Shown: in pieces, positions 10,284 through 18,738 of the stretch
Numbering within the stretch: position 1 is the first letter of the stretch
Layout: each line of letters starts with the position of its first letter
Origin: a virus
Taxonomy: Duplodnaviria > Caudoviricetes
Strand: one strand, 5' to 3'
Virus record (IMG/VR): IMGVR_UViG_3300027606_000007
Coordinates: 1,709-65,708 of that record
Length of the DNA: 64,000 nt
The notes under the pieces: model-generated
Told to the model about the DNA's origin: nothing
The model's database searches: none
The model's input: the letters and a program-made list of their open reading frames with translations, nothing else
Position numbers and translations under genes: made by a program

Positions 10284-10654
10284 GCGGGCTCCCGGCCGGC
10301 CGTCTCCGCGCGCAGGTCCTCTTCGAGGTCTTCCGCGACGACATCGAACTCGACAGCGACGGCGCCCACGTCGCCGACTGGTATCCCGCGTTTCCGGTTT
10401 CCAACGTGATGCCGGCCGAGATCTCTCCCCTCAGCGCGCGGGAACTGCTGACCGCGGCATCGATCGCCTCGAAGGCCACGCATCGAGTCCGGGTCCGGTT
10501 CCGCGAGGGGTTCACCGCCCAGATGCGCGGCACCGTGCAGAAGACCCGCGGGACGCCTCTGGTCTTCAACGTCGAGGGCGTCATCCCAGACGCCGAGACC
10601 GGCGGCCGCTGGATCACGCTGCTGGCCTCGTCCGGCGTCTCCGACGGACGATGA
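10280..10654 (+). CDS. Head closure / head-tail adaptor (SPP1 gp16-like)
   Basis: PAEISPLSARE, THRVRVRFR, FNVEGVIPD; position. Confidence 0.85.
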   Translation: MSGLPAGRLRAQVLFEVFRDDIELDSDGAHVADWYPAFPVSNVMPAEISPLSARELLTAASIASKATHRVRVRFREGFTAQMRGTVQKTRGTPLVFNVEGVIPDAETGGRWITLLASSGVSDGR

Positions 10655-11277
10655 AGAAGGGATTTCGCCCGCCGGCCTGGACGGGCCGCACCGTGGCCGT
10701 GGTCGGCGCCGGGCCCAGCTTGACCGCCGAGGACTGCGCCGCCGTCGCCGCCGCCGGCCTCCCGACGATCGCCGTTAACCTCGCCTTCCGGCTCGCGCCC
10801 GGCGCCGAGATCCTGCTCGGCTACGATTCCGCGTTCTGGCGCCTCTACTGGCGCGAGGCCGCCGAGATGTGCCCCGAAGCGAAGCGCCTGCAGGTCTCGC
10901 AGTCCATCCAGGGCGTCGACGTCGAGTCCGTCTGGGGCGCCGAATGGGTGACGAACGGTTATAACAGCGGCGCGCAGGCGCTCTCGCTGGCGCTGGCTTC
11001 CGGGGCCTCGCGCGTGCTGCTGCTCGGCATCGACTGCAAGGGCACGCCGGGGAAGATGCACTTCCACGGCGACCACGTCACCGGGCTGAAGAACGCGAAG
11101 AGCATGCACCTCTGGCCCCAGGCCTTCCAGACCGTAGGCCGCAGCGCTGGGAAGACTGGCGCCTCGATCGTGAACTGCAGCCGGGACACCGCGTTGACCT
11201 GCTTCCAACGCGCGACGCTGGAGGAAGAACTTTCCAAATTGCGCGTTTTGGAAAGTTCACCGATTGAAACAGCCTAA
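10651..11277 (+). CDS. Glycosyltransferase-like protein of the Maf/MptE-like (GT42/GT29-related) fold
   Basis: VAVVGAGPSL...IAVN...NSGAQALSLALASGASRVLLLGID...HFHG; ATG 10651 overlaps upstream TGA. Confidence 0.7.
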   Translation: MKKGFRPPAWTGRTVAVVGAGPSLTAEDCAAVAAAGLPTIAVNLAFRLAPGAEILLGYDSAFWRLYWREAAEMCPEAKRLQVSQSIQGVDVESVWGAEWVTNGYNSGAQALSLALASGASRVLLLGIDCKGTPGKMHFHGDHVTGLKNAKSMHLWPQAFQTVGRSAGKTGASIVNCSRDTALTCFQRATLEEELSKLRVLESSPIETA

Positions 11278-11371
11278 CGCGCGTCCCTGACGCGATTAGA
11301 AAAAATGCCGTGACACCTCCGGAGCGGCGCTGCGATGATCGTCTCCATCACGCAGCACGGGGCAACCTCAC
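11273..11371 (+). promoter_or_regulatory. Variant (7th) copy of the repeated promoter/leader cassette
   Basis: CCTAA-N17-ATTAGAAAAAATGCC-GTGACA-N18-GATGAT-cgTCTCCATCAC...ACGGGGCAACCT; leader matches copy at 44087 (CTCTCCATCAC...ACGGAGAACCT). Confidence 0.6.
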
Positions 11372-12163
11372 TTGAAAACCATTCGCGCCGGTCGCGGCCT
11401 CGGCGACAGTATCTACCTCGCGAGCATCGTCACGCACTTCGGATTGCACGGCGGCCGGCTCTGCGTCCTCAGCGATCACCCCGACGTCTTCCGGCACACG
11501 CCCGGCGCCCGCGCGGTAGAGCCCTTCGACCGGAACGGTGTCGACATCGTCAGCCACTACGTCATGGGAAAGCGCAACACGAAGACGACCCAGTTCCAGG
11601 ACATGGTCGCCGCCGCCGGCATCACCGAAGAGGTCCCGCTCCGGCTGATGTGGCGCAAGGGAACGCCCTCGCTGATCGATGGGCTCCGGGCCGACGGCCG
11701 GCCCGTGGTCTGCGTCCAGATGCCGCGGGCACCGATGGGCAGGACCGACGGATTCGGCGCCGAGCTGATGCCGGACTTCGAGGTCATGCAGTCCGTCGTC
11801 GATGCCGTCGGCAAGCACGCCAGCATCGTGCAGATCGGCGGCGGCGCGCCGCTGTTCTACTTCCGAGGCCTGACCATGAACCTCGCGAACGGGACCACCG
11901 TCGAGCAGCTCATCGACATCGCCCAGGCCGCCGACGGCTTCATCGGCTACCCGTCGTTCGTGATCCCGCTCGCGGAGTCCTTCAGGAAGCCGCTCTTCGC
12001 GATCTGGGCGAAGGCCGGGCTCCGATCGAACACCGACTTCATCCGCCTCATCACCCCCGAGAAGGTCGTCCACCACAAAGAGGACGCCTTCGTCATCACC
12101 GACAAGAACAACCAGCAGGAGATCTCCGAACGTGTCGACGCCTTCCTTCATCGCCTTCAGTGA
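11372..12163 (+). CDS. GT9-like (heptosyltransferase-like, GT-B) glycosyltransferase
   Basis: N-terminal GLGDSIYLASIV; C-terminal NLANGTTVEQLIDIAQAADGFIGYPSFVIPLAESFRKP resembles GT9 C-domain; TTG start. Confidence 0.65.
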   Translation: MKTIRAGRGLGDSIYLASIVTHFGLHGGRLCVLSDHPDVFRHTPGARAVEPFDRNGVDIVSHYVMGKRNTKTTQFQDMVAAAGITEEVPLRLMWRKGTPSLIDGLRADGRPVVCVQMPRAPMGRTDGFGAELMPDFEVMQSVVDAVGKHASIVQIGGGAPLFYFRGLTMNLANGTTVEQLIDIAQAADGFIGYPSFVIPLAESFRKPLFAIWAKAGLRSNTDFIRLITPEKVVHHKEDAFVITDKNNQQEISERVDAFLHRLQ

Positions 12164-12827
12164 GTGCCGCCCCTTCATCACGGGGAAGCGCGTCGTCATC
12201 GTAGGATCCGGTCCCGGCGCCGTTCTCAACGCGATCGGGTTCATCGACTCGCATGACGTCGTCGTCCGGGTCAACAACTACGGGCATCACTCGAACCTCG
12301 GCAACCGGACCGACGTCTTCTATTCTTTCTTCGGCGGCAGCATCAAGAAGACGCGCGAGGAGCTGATCGGCGACGGCGTCCGGCTCTGCATGTGCAAATG
12401 CCCGGACGCGAAGCCGATCGAGTCGCGCTGGCATGAGCAGAACGGCCGCGAGCGCGGCGTCGACTTCCACTACATCTACGAGGACCGGAAGGACTTCTGG
12501 TTCTGCCCGACGTTCGTCCCCGACTCGCTGCACTTCCTGCAGGGCTTCAAGCTGCTCGGCAACCACGTCCCGACGACGGGCTTCTCCGCGATCCTGGACA
12601 TCGCAGCGCTCCAGCCGAAGTCGCTCCACCTCACCGGCTTCGACTTCTTCAGCAGCGGAATTCACAACCTCAATCAGGCGTGGCGACCCGGGGATCCCCG
12701 TGATCCAATCGGCCACGTCCCGGAGCGCGAGGCCGAATACCTGCGTCTCGCTCTCCAGGCGAAGACGTGGCCCTTCCCGGTCACGATGGATGCAGCGATG
12801 CGAAAGGCAATGGAGGCCATACGGTGA
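12132..12827 (+). CDS. GT29-like (sialyltransferase-like) glycosyltransferase
   Basis: RVVIVGSGPG...IDSHDVVVRVNN (sialylmotif L-like); PTTGFSAILD...LHLTGFDFF (motif S-like) and downstream His. Confidence 0.75.
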   Translation: MSTPSFIAFSECRPFITGKRVVIVGSGPGAVLNAIGFIDSHDVVVRVNNYGHHSNLGNRTDVFYSFFGGSIKKTREELIGDGVRLCMCKCPDAKPIESRWHEQNGRERGVDFHYIYEDRKDFWFCPTFVPDSLHFLQGFKLLGNHVPTTGFSAILDIAALQPKSLHLTGFDFFSSGIHNLNQAWRPGDPRDPIGHVPEREAEYLRLALQAKTWPFPVTMDAAMRKAMEAIR

Positions 12828-13411
12828 GCGATCTTCAATACTGGAGCGAGGCGATCGAGAAGCAGTGCGGCGAAAGGGTGATGATCGCCCTCCGCGACCC
12901 CATGCTGCGACAGGCGCTGGACAAGATCGGTCCCGGCCTCTTCCGTCGCAGCTCGGTTTTTCACGGGCTCGGCGACTTCCTGCATGAGCAGCAGATCCGC
13001 GGCGGCCGCTGCTTCGAGATCGGCACCTGGAACGGCCTCACCGCAGCCGTCCTGTCGCGCCACTTCGACGAGGTCGTGACGGTCGACATATTCGATCAGC
13101 CGGAGAAGCAGGCCGTCTTCGAGGTCCTCGGCATCAAGAACGTCCGCTTCGTCCACATCAAGGACAACGTCGCGAAGGCGAAATTCGCGCGGACGCTGGA
13201 CTTCGACTTCGCCTATGTCGACGGCGATCACGCCAACGACACCGAGGCCGACTTCGCGCTGACGCGCCGCGGCGGCCGCGTCCTCTTCCATGAGGCATGG
13301 CCGCATCAGCCGCCGGTGTGGGACCTGCTGCATACCCTGCCGCAGAACGAGATCTCGTGGAACGGGAAAGGCCTCGCGCTGTGGCGCGACAGCTCGAAGG
13401 GGGTCCGCTGA
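12824..13411 (+). CDS. Class I SAM-dependent methyltransferase (Methyltransf_24-like)
   Basis: FEIGTWNGLT, VVTVD, FAYVDGDH, VLFHE; GTG 12824 overlaps upstream TGA. Confidence 0.8.
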   Translation: MSDLQYWSEAIEKQCGERVMIALRDPMLRQALDKIGPGLFRRSSVFHGLGDFLHEQQIRGGRCFEIGTWNGLTAAVLSRHFDEVVTVDIFDQPEKQAVFEVLGIKNVRFVHIKDNVAKAKFARTLDFDFAYVDGDHANDTEADFALTRRGGRVLFHEAWPHQPPVWDLLHTLPQNEISWNGKGLALWRDSSKGVR

Positions 13412-13911
13412 TGGATCCGATCCTCTACACCTACAAGGGCGGCACGTTCCCGGACTACCTCAAGCGCGGCAACGCCTGTCAGCACATCGCGGCCACGGCC
13501 GCCCACTTCTGCAAGGGCCGCGGCGTCGACGTCGGCGCGAACGAGTGGCCCCTGCCGGGCGCGATGCCGGTCGATGCGAAACACGGCGGCGACGCGATGC
13601 ACCTCCCGCCAGAGATGACGGGACTCGACTTCGTCTTCAGCTCGCATTGCCTCGAACACCTGGAGCAGCCGCGCGCCGCGCTGAAGCACTGGGCCTCGCG
13701 CCTGCGCCCCGGCGGCGTGCTGTTCCTCTACCTGCCGCATCCGGACATGACCTACTGGAGGCCGGAGAACTGCCCGAAGCATCGGCACATCTGGTATCCG
13801 CATGCGATGGTGAAGATGGTCCGCGGCGCCGGCTTCGTCGACGTCATCAACTCGGAGCGCGACCTCGCCTGGAGCTTCTCCGTCGTCGGGTTCAAGCCCT
13901 GGAGCGAATGA
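13411..13911 (+). CDS. Class I SAM-dependent methyltransferase (Methyltransf_11-like)
   Basis: GVDVGAN, DFVFSSHCLEHL, LRPGGVLFLYLP. Confidence 0.85.
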   Translation: MDPILYTYKGGTFPDYLKRGNACQHIAATAAHFCKGRGVDVGANEWPLPGAMPVDAKHGGDAMHLPPEMTGLDFVFSSHCLEHLEQPRAALKHWASRLRPGGVLFLYLPHPDMTYWRPENCPKHRHIWYPHAMVKMVRGAGFVDVINSERDLAWSFSVVGFKPWSE

Positions 13912-14573
13912 CCATGGACCGTTTCATTGCCACGATGCCGGCGCGCGACGACGGCGACCTTCGGATCTGCGACCAGCTCGGCGTCGCCTATCAGGCCGAC
14001 ATGACGGTGACGGCCTCCTACGATGAAGCCTACATGGACCGCTGCGCATCTCACCCGCCGCAGATGGTCCGCGACATCAATGCGCTAAGAAACGCATTCG
14101 TCGACCGATTCATTCCGAAGCGCGCCGCGGTCGTCGACATCGGCGTCGGCGATGGCGCCTTCATCCGCTCCCGCGCCCACACCAAGGGCCTCGACGTGAA
14201 CCCGGCGGCCGTTCGCTGGCTCCGGGCCTGCGGCCTCAACGCGGCCACGATCCGACAGCATTCGGTGACGATGTGGGACACCCTCGAACACGTCCCCGAC
14301 CCCGGCCTCTACCTGGACGAGATCTCGGTCAGCTACTTCCTATTCGTCTCGATCCCGGTCTTCTCGGACCTCAAGCGGATCCGCGAGAGCCGGCACTACC
14401 GGCCCGGCGAACACCTCTACTACTTCACCGACGTCGGCTTCGTCGAATGGATGAACTGCCACGGCTTCCAGCTCAAGGCGCGCGACGACTTCGAGAGCCG
14501 GCTCGGACGCGATACCATCGCGACATTCGCGTTTAAGAGGGTCGGGCCAGCATGGGAGACGCCGTCGTCATGA
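13908..14573 (+). CDS. Class I SAM-dependent methyltransferase (Methyltransf_23-like)
   Basis: VVDIGVGDGAF, GLDVNP, VTMWDTLEHVPDP, EHLYYFT. Confidence 0.85.
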   Translation: MTMDRFIATMPARDDGDLRICDQLGVAYQADMTVTASYDEAYMDRCASHPPQMVRDINALRNAFVDRFIPKRAAVVDIGVGDGAFIRSRAHTKGLDVNPAAVRWLRACGLNAATIRQHSVTMWDTLEHVPDPGLYLDEISVSYFLFVSIPVFSDLKRIRESRHYRPGEHLYYFTDVGFVEWMNCHGFQLKARDDFESRLGRDTIATFAFKRVGPAWETPSS

Positions 14574-15058
14574 AAGTCGAGGGGCTCCAGGGCGTCTACG
14601 AGATGCTCCGGAGCCTCCCCGCCGAGGTCGTCTCGAAGAAGGGCGGCCCCGTCAAGCGGATCCTCCGCCGTGCCGCGCTGCTGATCCACGCCGCCGAGAA
14701 GGCGAACCTCCAGAAGGTCACGGCGAAGGCCGCGGACGCCGACACCCGCTATAGCACGGGCCTCCTCATCGAGAACCTGATCGTCAGCCGCGGCAAGGCC
14801 CCTGCCGACGGCAAGGGTGAGCGACAGCTCGTCCGCGTCCGCCGCAAGACCTACCCGGACCGCACCGGGAAGCCGGTGACCACGCTCAAGACCGCCCAGA
14901 TCCTGGAATACGGCTCCGAGAAGCAGGACGCCGAGCCCTGGATCCGGCCGGCCTTCCTGGAGCAGGCGCCGAAGGCGATCGAGCTGATCGAGCGCGAGCT
15001 TCCCCGCGAGATCGAGCGCATCGCGAAGCGGCTCGCCAAAGAGAAAGGACGGCGCTGA
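14570..15058 (+). CDS. HK97 gp10-like tail component
   Basis: VEGLQGVYEMLRSL...LEYGSEKQDAEPWIRPAF; ATGA overlap suggests start 14570. Confidence 0.85.
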   Translation: MKVEGLQGVYEMLRSLPAEVVSKKGGPVKRILRRAALLIHAAEKANLQKVTAKAADADTRYSTGLLIENLIVSRGKAPADGKGERQLVRVRRKTYPDRTGKPVTTLKTAQILEYGSEKQDAEPWIRPAFLEQAPKAIELIERELPREIERIAKRLAKEKGRR

Positions 15059-15423
15059 TGCTTCCCGAGGTCACTGCATGGCTCGCGGCCGCCGCGGACG
15101 TCACCGCGATCGTCGGGACCCGGATCTACCGCCGAGGCTTCGCGCCTCAGGGGACCGTCGAGTCGGGAAACCCCTATGTCACATGGTTCGTCGTCGACGC
15201 TCCGCCGGAGAACACCCTATCGGAGCGGCCCGGCATCGCCCGCGCGACCGTGCAGGTCGACTGCTGGAGCAAGGACGACCGCGAGTCCGTTCGGCTGGCC
15301 GAGGCCGTCCGCAACGCCCTGGAAACGCACGGCCACCAGACCGGCCAGCCCGTCGACGGCCGCGACCCGGAGACGAAAAAATGGAGGTTCGCCCTCCAGT
15401 TCGACTTCTGGGTGAAACGCTGA
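15058..15423 (+). CDS. Tail terminator / completion protein (DUF3168-like)
   Basis: IVGTRIY, PYVTWFVV, VQVDCWS; position. Confidence 0.8.
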   Translation: MLPEVTAWLAAAADVTAIVGTRIYRRGFAPQGTVESGNPYVTWFVVDAPPENTLSERPGIARATVQVDCWSKDDRESVRLAEAVRNALETHGHQTGQPVDGRDPETKKWRFALQFDFWVKR

Positions 15424-15530
15424 CGACGCTATGAAGTCCGCCCGGCGGATAGCCGGGATCGATTGCGGGGGGTACAGTTGCGCCTGCTTCCTCCCAGCAA
15501 CGCCCACAGGGCACCGCAAAGGACTTCATC

Positions 15531-16052
15531 ATGACCAAAGGCCTCGTTCAGACCCAAGGCTCCGAGATCTTCTTCATCGAGACGATCTCGCAGAGCGACC
15601 CCACCATCCGCAAGATGCAGTGCCCGACGGGCGTCACCGGCGTCGGTGGCGGCACGAAGGACCAGATCGAGACGACCTGTCTCGACACCATCGGCGACAA
15701 GGAATACCGCGCCGGTCTCGGCAACACGGCCCCGGTCTCCGTCCCTTTCAACCTGATCCCGGGCACCTGGAGCCACCGGATCCTGCTGGAGCTGAAGCGA
15801 AGCGGCGAGGTCGTGAACTGGCTCGTCTGCCTCTCCGAATCGGAGACGGACCCGACGATGGACTCCGACTTCGAGTTCGTTCCCCCGCTGGACCGGACCT
15901 CGTTCGCCTTCGAGGGCTACGTCGCCGAGTGCAACATCGACGTCTCCACGAACGAGATCGTTCGCGGCACGCTGACGATTCAGCGCAGCGGCACCGAGGT
16001 TGCCTCCTGGAACGCGCCGATCGAAGCTGGCACCCCTGACCCGGCCGCCTGA
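15531..16052 (+). CDS. Major tail tube protein
   Basis: QIETTCLD, FEGYVAE, GTLTIQRSG; position before chaperones. Confidence 0.85.
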   Translation: MTKGLVQTQGSEIFFIETISQSDPTIRKMQCPTGVTGVGGGTKDQIETTCLDTIGDKEYRAGLGNTAPVSVPFNLIPGTWSHRILLELKRSGEVVNWLVCLSESETDPTMDSDFEFVPPLDRTSFAFEGYVAECNIDVSTNEIVRGTLTIQRSGTEVASWNAPIEAGTPDPAA

Positions 16053-16054
16053 CC

Positions 16055-16411
16055 ATGGACGACGCACTCTTCGTCGACGGTTCCACCGTCGAGGCGCGCG
16101 ATGTCGCCCTCCCAACCGGCAAGAAGGTCCCGCTCTACTTCAAGGCGGTCCGCTCCTCCGTCATCACGAAATGGCGACGCCTGCGAAGCGAGGCCGAGTC
16201 GAAGAAGGGCGACGACCGCGACATCGCGATCGAGAGCGCGCAAGCGTTCCTGATCTCGCAGTCCTTGTGCGACCCCGACGGGACGCTGATCTCGATCGAG
16301 AAGGCGGCCACGCTGCGGCCGGCGTTCGCTGAAGCGATCACGCGGGCCGTCCTCGCGGTGAACGGCTACATCCAGGACGACGACGCGAAGGAAGACCCGG
16401 GAAACGGCTGA
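16055..16411 (+). CDS. Tail assembly chaperone (gpG-like)
   Basis: Position; FLISQSLCDPDG; slippery site at 3' end. Confidence 0.8.
   Translation: MDDALFVDGSTVEARDVALPTGKKVPLYFKAVRSSVITKWRRLRSEAESKKGDDRDIAIESAQAFLISQSLCDPDGTLISIEKAATLRPAFAEAITRAVLAVNGYIQDDDAKEDPGNG
16399..16405 (+). other. Programmed -1 frameshift heptamer G GGA AAC
   Basis: XXXYYYZ in the correct phase two codons before the stop; -1 frame stays open to 16782. Confidence 0.85.
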
Positions 16412-16782
16412 CGCCCGGGTCCGAGGGCTGGTTCTGGCACGTCCTCGCCCTCGCCCTGGGCGGCCGCACGATCGAGGAATGGCAAACCGTGATGTCCGCG
16501 CCGGAGCGGGCATCCTGGGTGCAGTTCTATCGCCGCTATCCGTTCGACGATCACGCCCGATTCAACATCCCGGCGGCGATTTCCGCATGGGCCGCCGGTG
16601 TCCCCTGGGAAAAGGCGATGGAAATCATCGTCCCGAAGGTCGACGATGTCTGGGCCGGCTACTCTGAAGCCGAGGTGACGACGATGAAGACCTTCGGTCT
16701 CAAGGCGCCGCCGGTGAATAGGAAGGCAGCAGCGAAGAAGGCCGCACCAGCGGCGAAGAAGTCACGCACGAAAAAGGAGTAG
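16399..16782 (+). CDS. gpT-like segment of the G-T frameshift fusion
   Basis: -1 frame reads GKRLTPGSEGWFWHVLALALGGRTIEEW...YRRYPF. Confidence 0.75.
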   Translation, partial: GKRLTPGSEGWFWHVLALALGGRTIEEWQTVMSAPERASWVQFYRRYPFDDHARFNIPAAISAWAAGVPWEKAMEIIVPKVDDVWAGYSEAEVTTMKTFGLKAPPVNRKAAAKKAAPAAKKSRTKKE

Positions 16783-16784
16783 CC

Positions 16785-18734
16785 ATGGCCGCCGGTTCGA
16801 TCATCGTCGACCTCCTGATGAAGACGGGCGCCTTCGAGACCGACACCGATCGGGCCTCGAAGAAGCTGAAGCAGCTCGAAAAGGACATCAACAAGGCAGC
16901 ATCCGCCATGGGCGCGACGCTGGGCGTTGCCGTCATCGGCGCTGCTGTTGCGTTCGATCAGCTCATCAAGTCGGTCGCGGACTTCAAGGACTTCGAGGAG
17001 ATCGCCGGCGCGCCTGCGGAAGAGTTCGCGAGCCTCTCGCTCGCCGCGGCCGCCGCCGGCGTCTCCATGGACAGCATCGTCGCGTCGACGGTGAAGCTGA
17101 CGAAGGGCCTCTCCGGTGTCGAGGACGAGTCCGACGGCGTCGGCGCCGCGCTGAAGTCCATCGGGATCGAGATCGAGGCCTTCAAGAAACTCAACCCGGT
17201 CGAGCAGTACGAAGCGATCGGGAAGGCGCTCGGCGAATACGAGGACAGCGCGAAGAAGACGGCCGTCGCGGTGACCCTGCTCGGCAAGTCCGGCGCGGAG
17301 CAGCTCAAGGTCTTCAAGGCGCTCGAAGAGGCCGGAGGTCGGCAAGTCACCCTGACCCAGAAGCAGATCGAAGCGGCGGACGCCTACGCCGACGCCCAGG
17401 CCGTCGCCGTGGCCGAGCTGAAGATCTTCGGGCAGGTCGCGGCATCCGAGTTCCTGCCTGTCGTCACCGACATCCTCAACGCCTTCAGCGAACTCGTGAA
17501 GGGGATCGAGTTCTCGCAAACTGCGATGGACGTCCTCCGTTTCGCGTTCGATGCCGCGCTGACCGTGTTCCAAACCGTCGCCGTCATCGGATCCGACGTC
17601 GCCTTCGTGCTGACCACCATCGGCAAGGAAGCCGGCGCGGCCGCGGCTCAGATCGCGGCGCTGGCGCGCGGCGACATGGAGGGTTTCAAGGCGATCAGCA
17701 AGGCCGTCGAGGAGGACATCAAGCGTGCCCGCGCCGAGCTGGACAAGTTCCAGGCCTCGATCATGGGCGCCGGCCAGCCGCGCGCCGGCGCGAACGATTA
17801 CGGCGATGAGGAATACGGCGCCTCCCGCACGAAGAAGCAGAACACCTTCGAGGGTCCCGACAAGCGCGCGGAGAAGGCGAAGGCCGCCCGCGAGAAGGCC
17901 GCCAAAGAGGCCGCCGACATCGCGCAGCGTCAGGCCGAAGCCGAGGAGCAATGGGCGCAGGACACCGCCGAGGCCTGGGGCTACTGGCAGCAATACCGCG
18001 TCAAGGAAAGCGAGGTCGCGACCGAGGCCATGGCCGAGCAATGGAAGCAGATCTTCGCGGAGATCGACGCCGAGCAGGAGCGTGCGATCGAGGAGGGAAA
18101 GGCCTACCTCGAAGCGAAGGTCGACGAGATCTCGGAGTTCCAGAAACAGGCGATGCACAACCTGCAGGACTTCCTCGGATCTTCGCTGGAGGACGTCCTC
18201 AGCGGCAACTTCGACAACATCGAGGAGGCCTTCGCGAAGATGGTCCGCAAGATGGCCGCCGAAGCACTGGCCGCGCAGCTCAACGAAAAGCTCTTCGGCA
18301 AAGACGGAACGAGCGGTCTCTTCGGATCGCTCATCAGCTCGATCGCCGGCGGCTTCACAGGGGGCAGCACCGGAGGCGGATCGAGCTTCGCCTACACCGA
18401 TTCAAGCGGCGGCTTCAGCATGGTCCCCGGCTATGCGACTGGCACGAACTACGTCCCCGAGGACGGTCTCGCGATGCTGCACAAGGGCGAAGCCGTGGTC
18501 CCGAAGCAGTACAACCCGAGCGCCGGCGCGCCGAGCGCGGGGAACAACACCGTCCAGATCATCAACAACGGCGCGCCGGTGAACGCGACCTCGACGACGG
18601 AGCGACAGCCAGACGGCAAGCAGTTGACGAAGATCATCCTCGACACCATCGAGCAGGACATCCGAGCCGGCGGCAAGGTGTCGAAGATGCAGCAGAACAC
18701 CTTCGGCCTCAAGCGCCAGCTCCCGCGGCGTTGA
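16785..18734 (+). CDS. Tape measure protein (649 aa)
   Basis: Ala-rich helical; N-terminal GSIIVDLLMKTGAF; C-terminal YATGTNYVP...LHKGEAVVP. Confidence 0.9.
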   Translation: MAAGSIIVDLLMKTGAFETDTDRASKKLKQLEKDINKAASAMGATLGVAVIGAAVAFDQLIKSVADFKDFEEIAGAPAEEFASLSLAAAAAGVSMDSIVASTVKLTKGLSGVEDESDGVGAALKSIGIEIEAFKKLNPVEQYEAIGKALGEYEDSAKKTAVAVTLLGKSGAEQLKVFKALEEAGGRQVTLTQKQIEAADAYADAQAVAVAELKIFGQVAASEFLPVVTDILNAFSELVKGIEFSQTAMDVLRFAFDAALTVFQTVAVIGSDVAFVLTTIGKEAGAAAAQIAALARGDMEGFKAISKAVEEDIKRARAELDKFQASIMGAGQPRAGANDYGDEEYGASRTKKQNTFEGPDKRAEKAKAAREKAAKEAADIAQRQAEAEEQWAQDTAEAWGYWQQYRVKESEVATEAMAEQWKQIFAEIDAEQERAIEEGKAYLEAKVDEISEFQKQAMHNLQDFLGSSLEDVLSGNFDNIEEAFAKMVRKMAAEALAAQLNEKLFGKDGTSGLFGSLISSIAGGFTGGSTGGGSSFAYTDSSGGFSMVPGYATGTNYVPEDGLAMLHKGEAVVPKQYNPSAGAPSAGNNTVQIINNGAPVNATSTTERQPDGKQLTKIILDTIEQDIRAGGKVSKMQQNTFGLKRQLPRR

Positions 18735-18738
18735 CACC

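Noticed and set aside
13290-14573. 427-aa ORF from the track as a single gene
   Set aside because: 5' part overlaps the better-supported methyltransferase 13411-13911; the ATGA-coupled start at 13908 gives a coherent MTase
12824-14573. Methyltransferases as DNA MTases, or the island as a DNA hypermodification locus
   Set aside because: No DPPY/NPPF/PC motifs and no base hydroxymethylase, kinase or polymerase; location in the virion operon favours protein or glycan substrates (not formally excluded)
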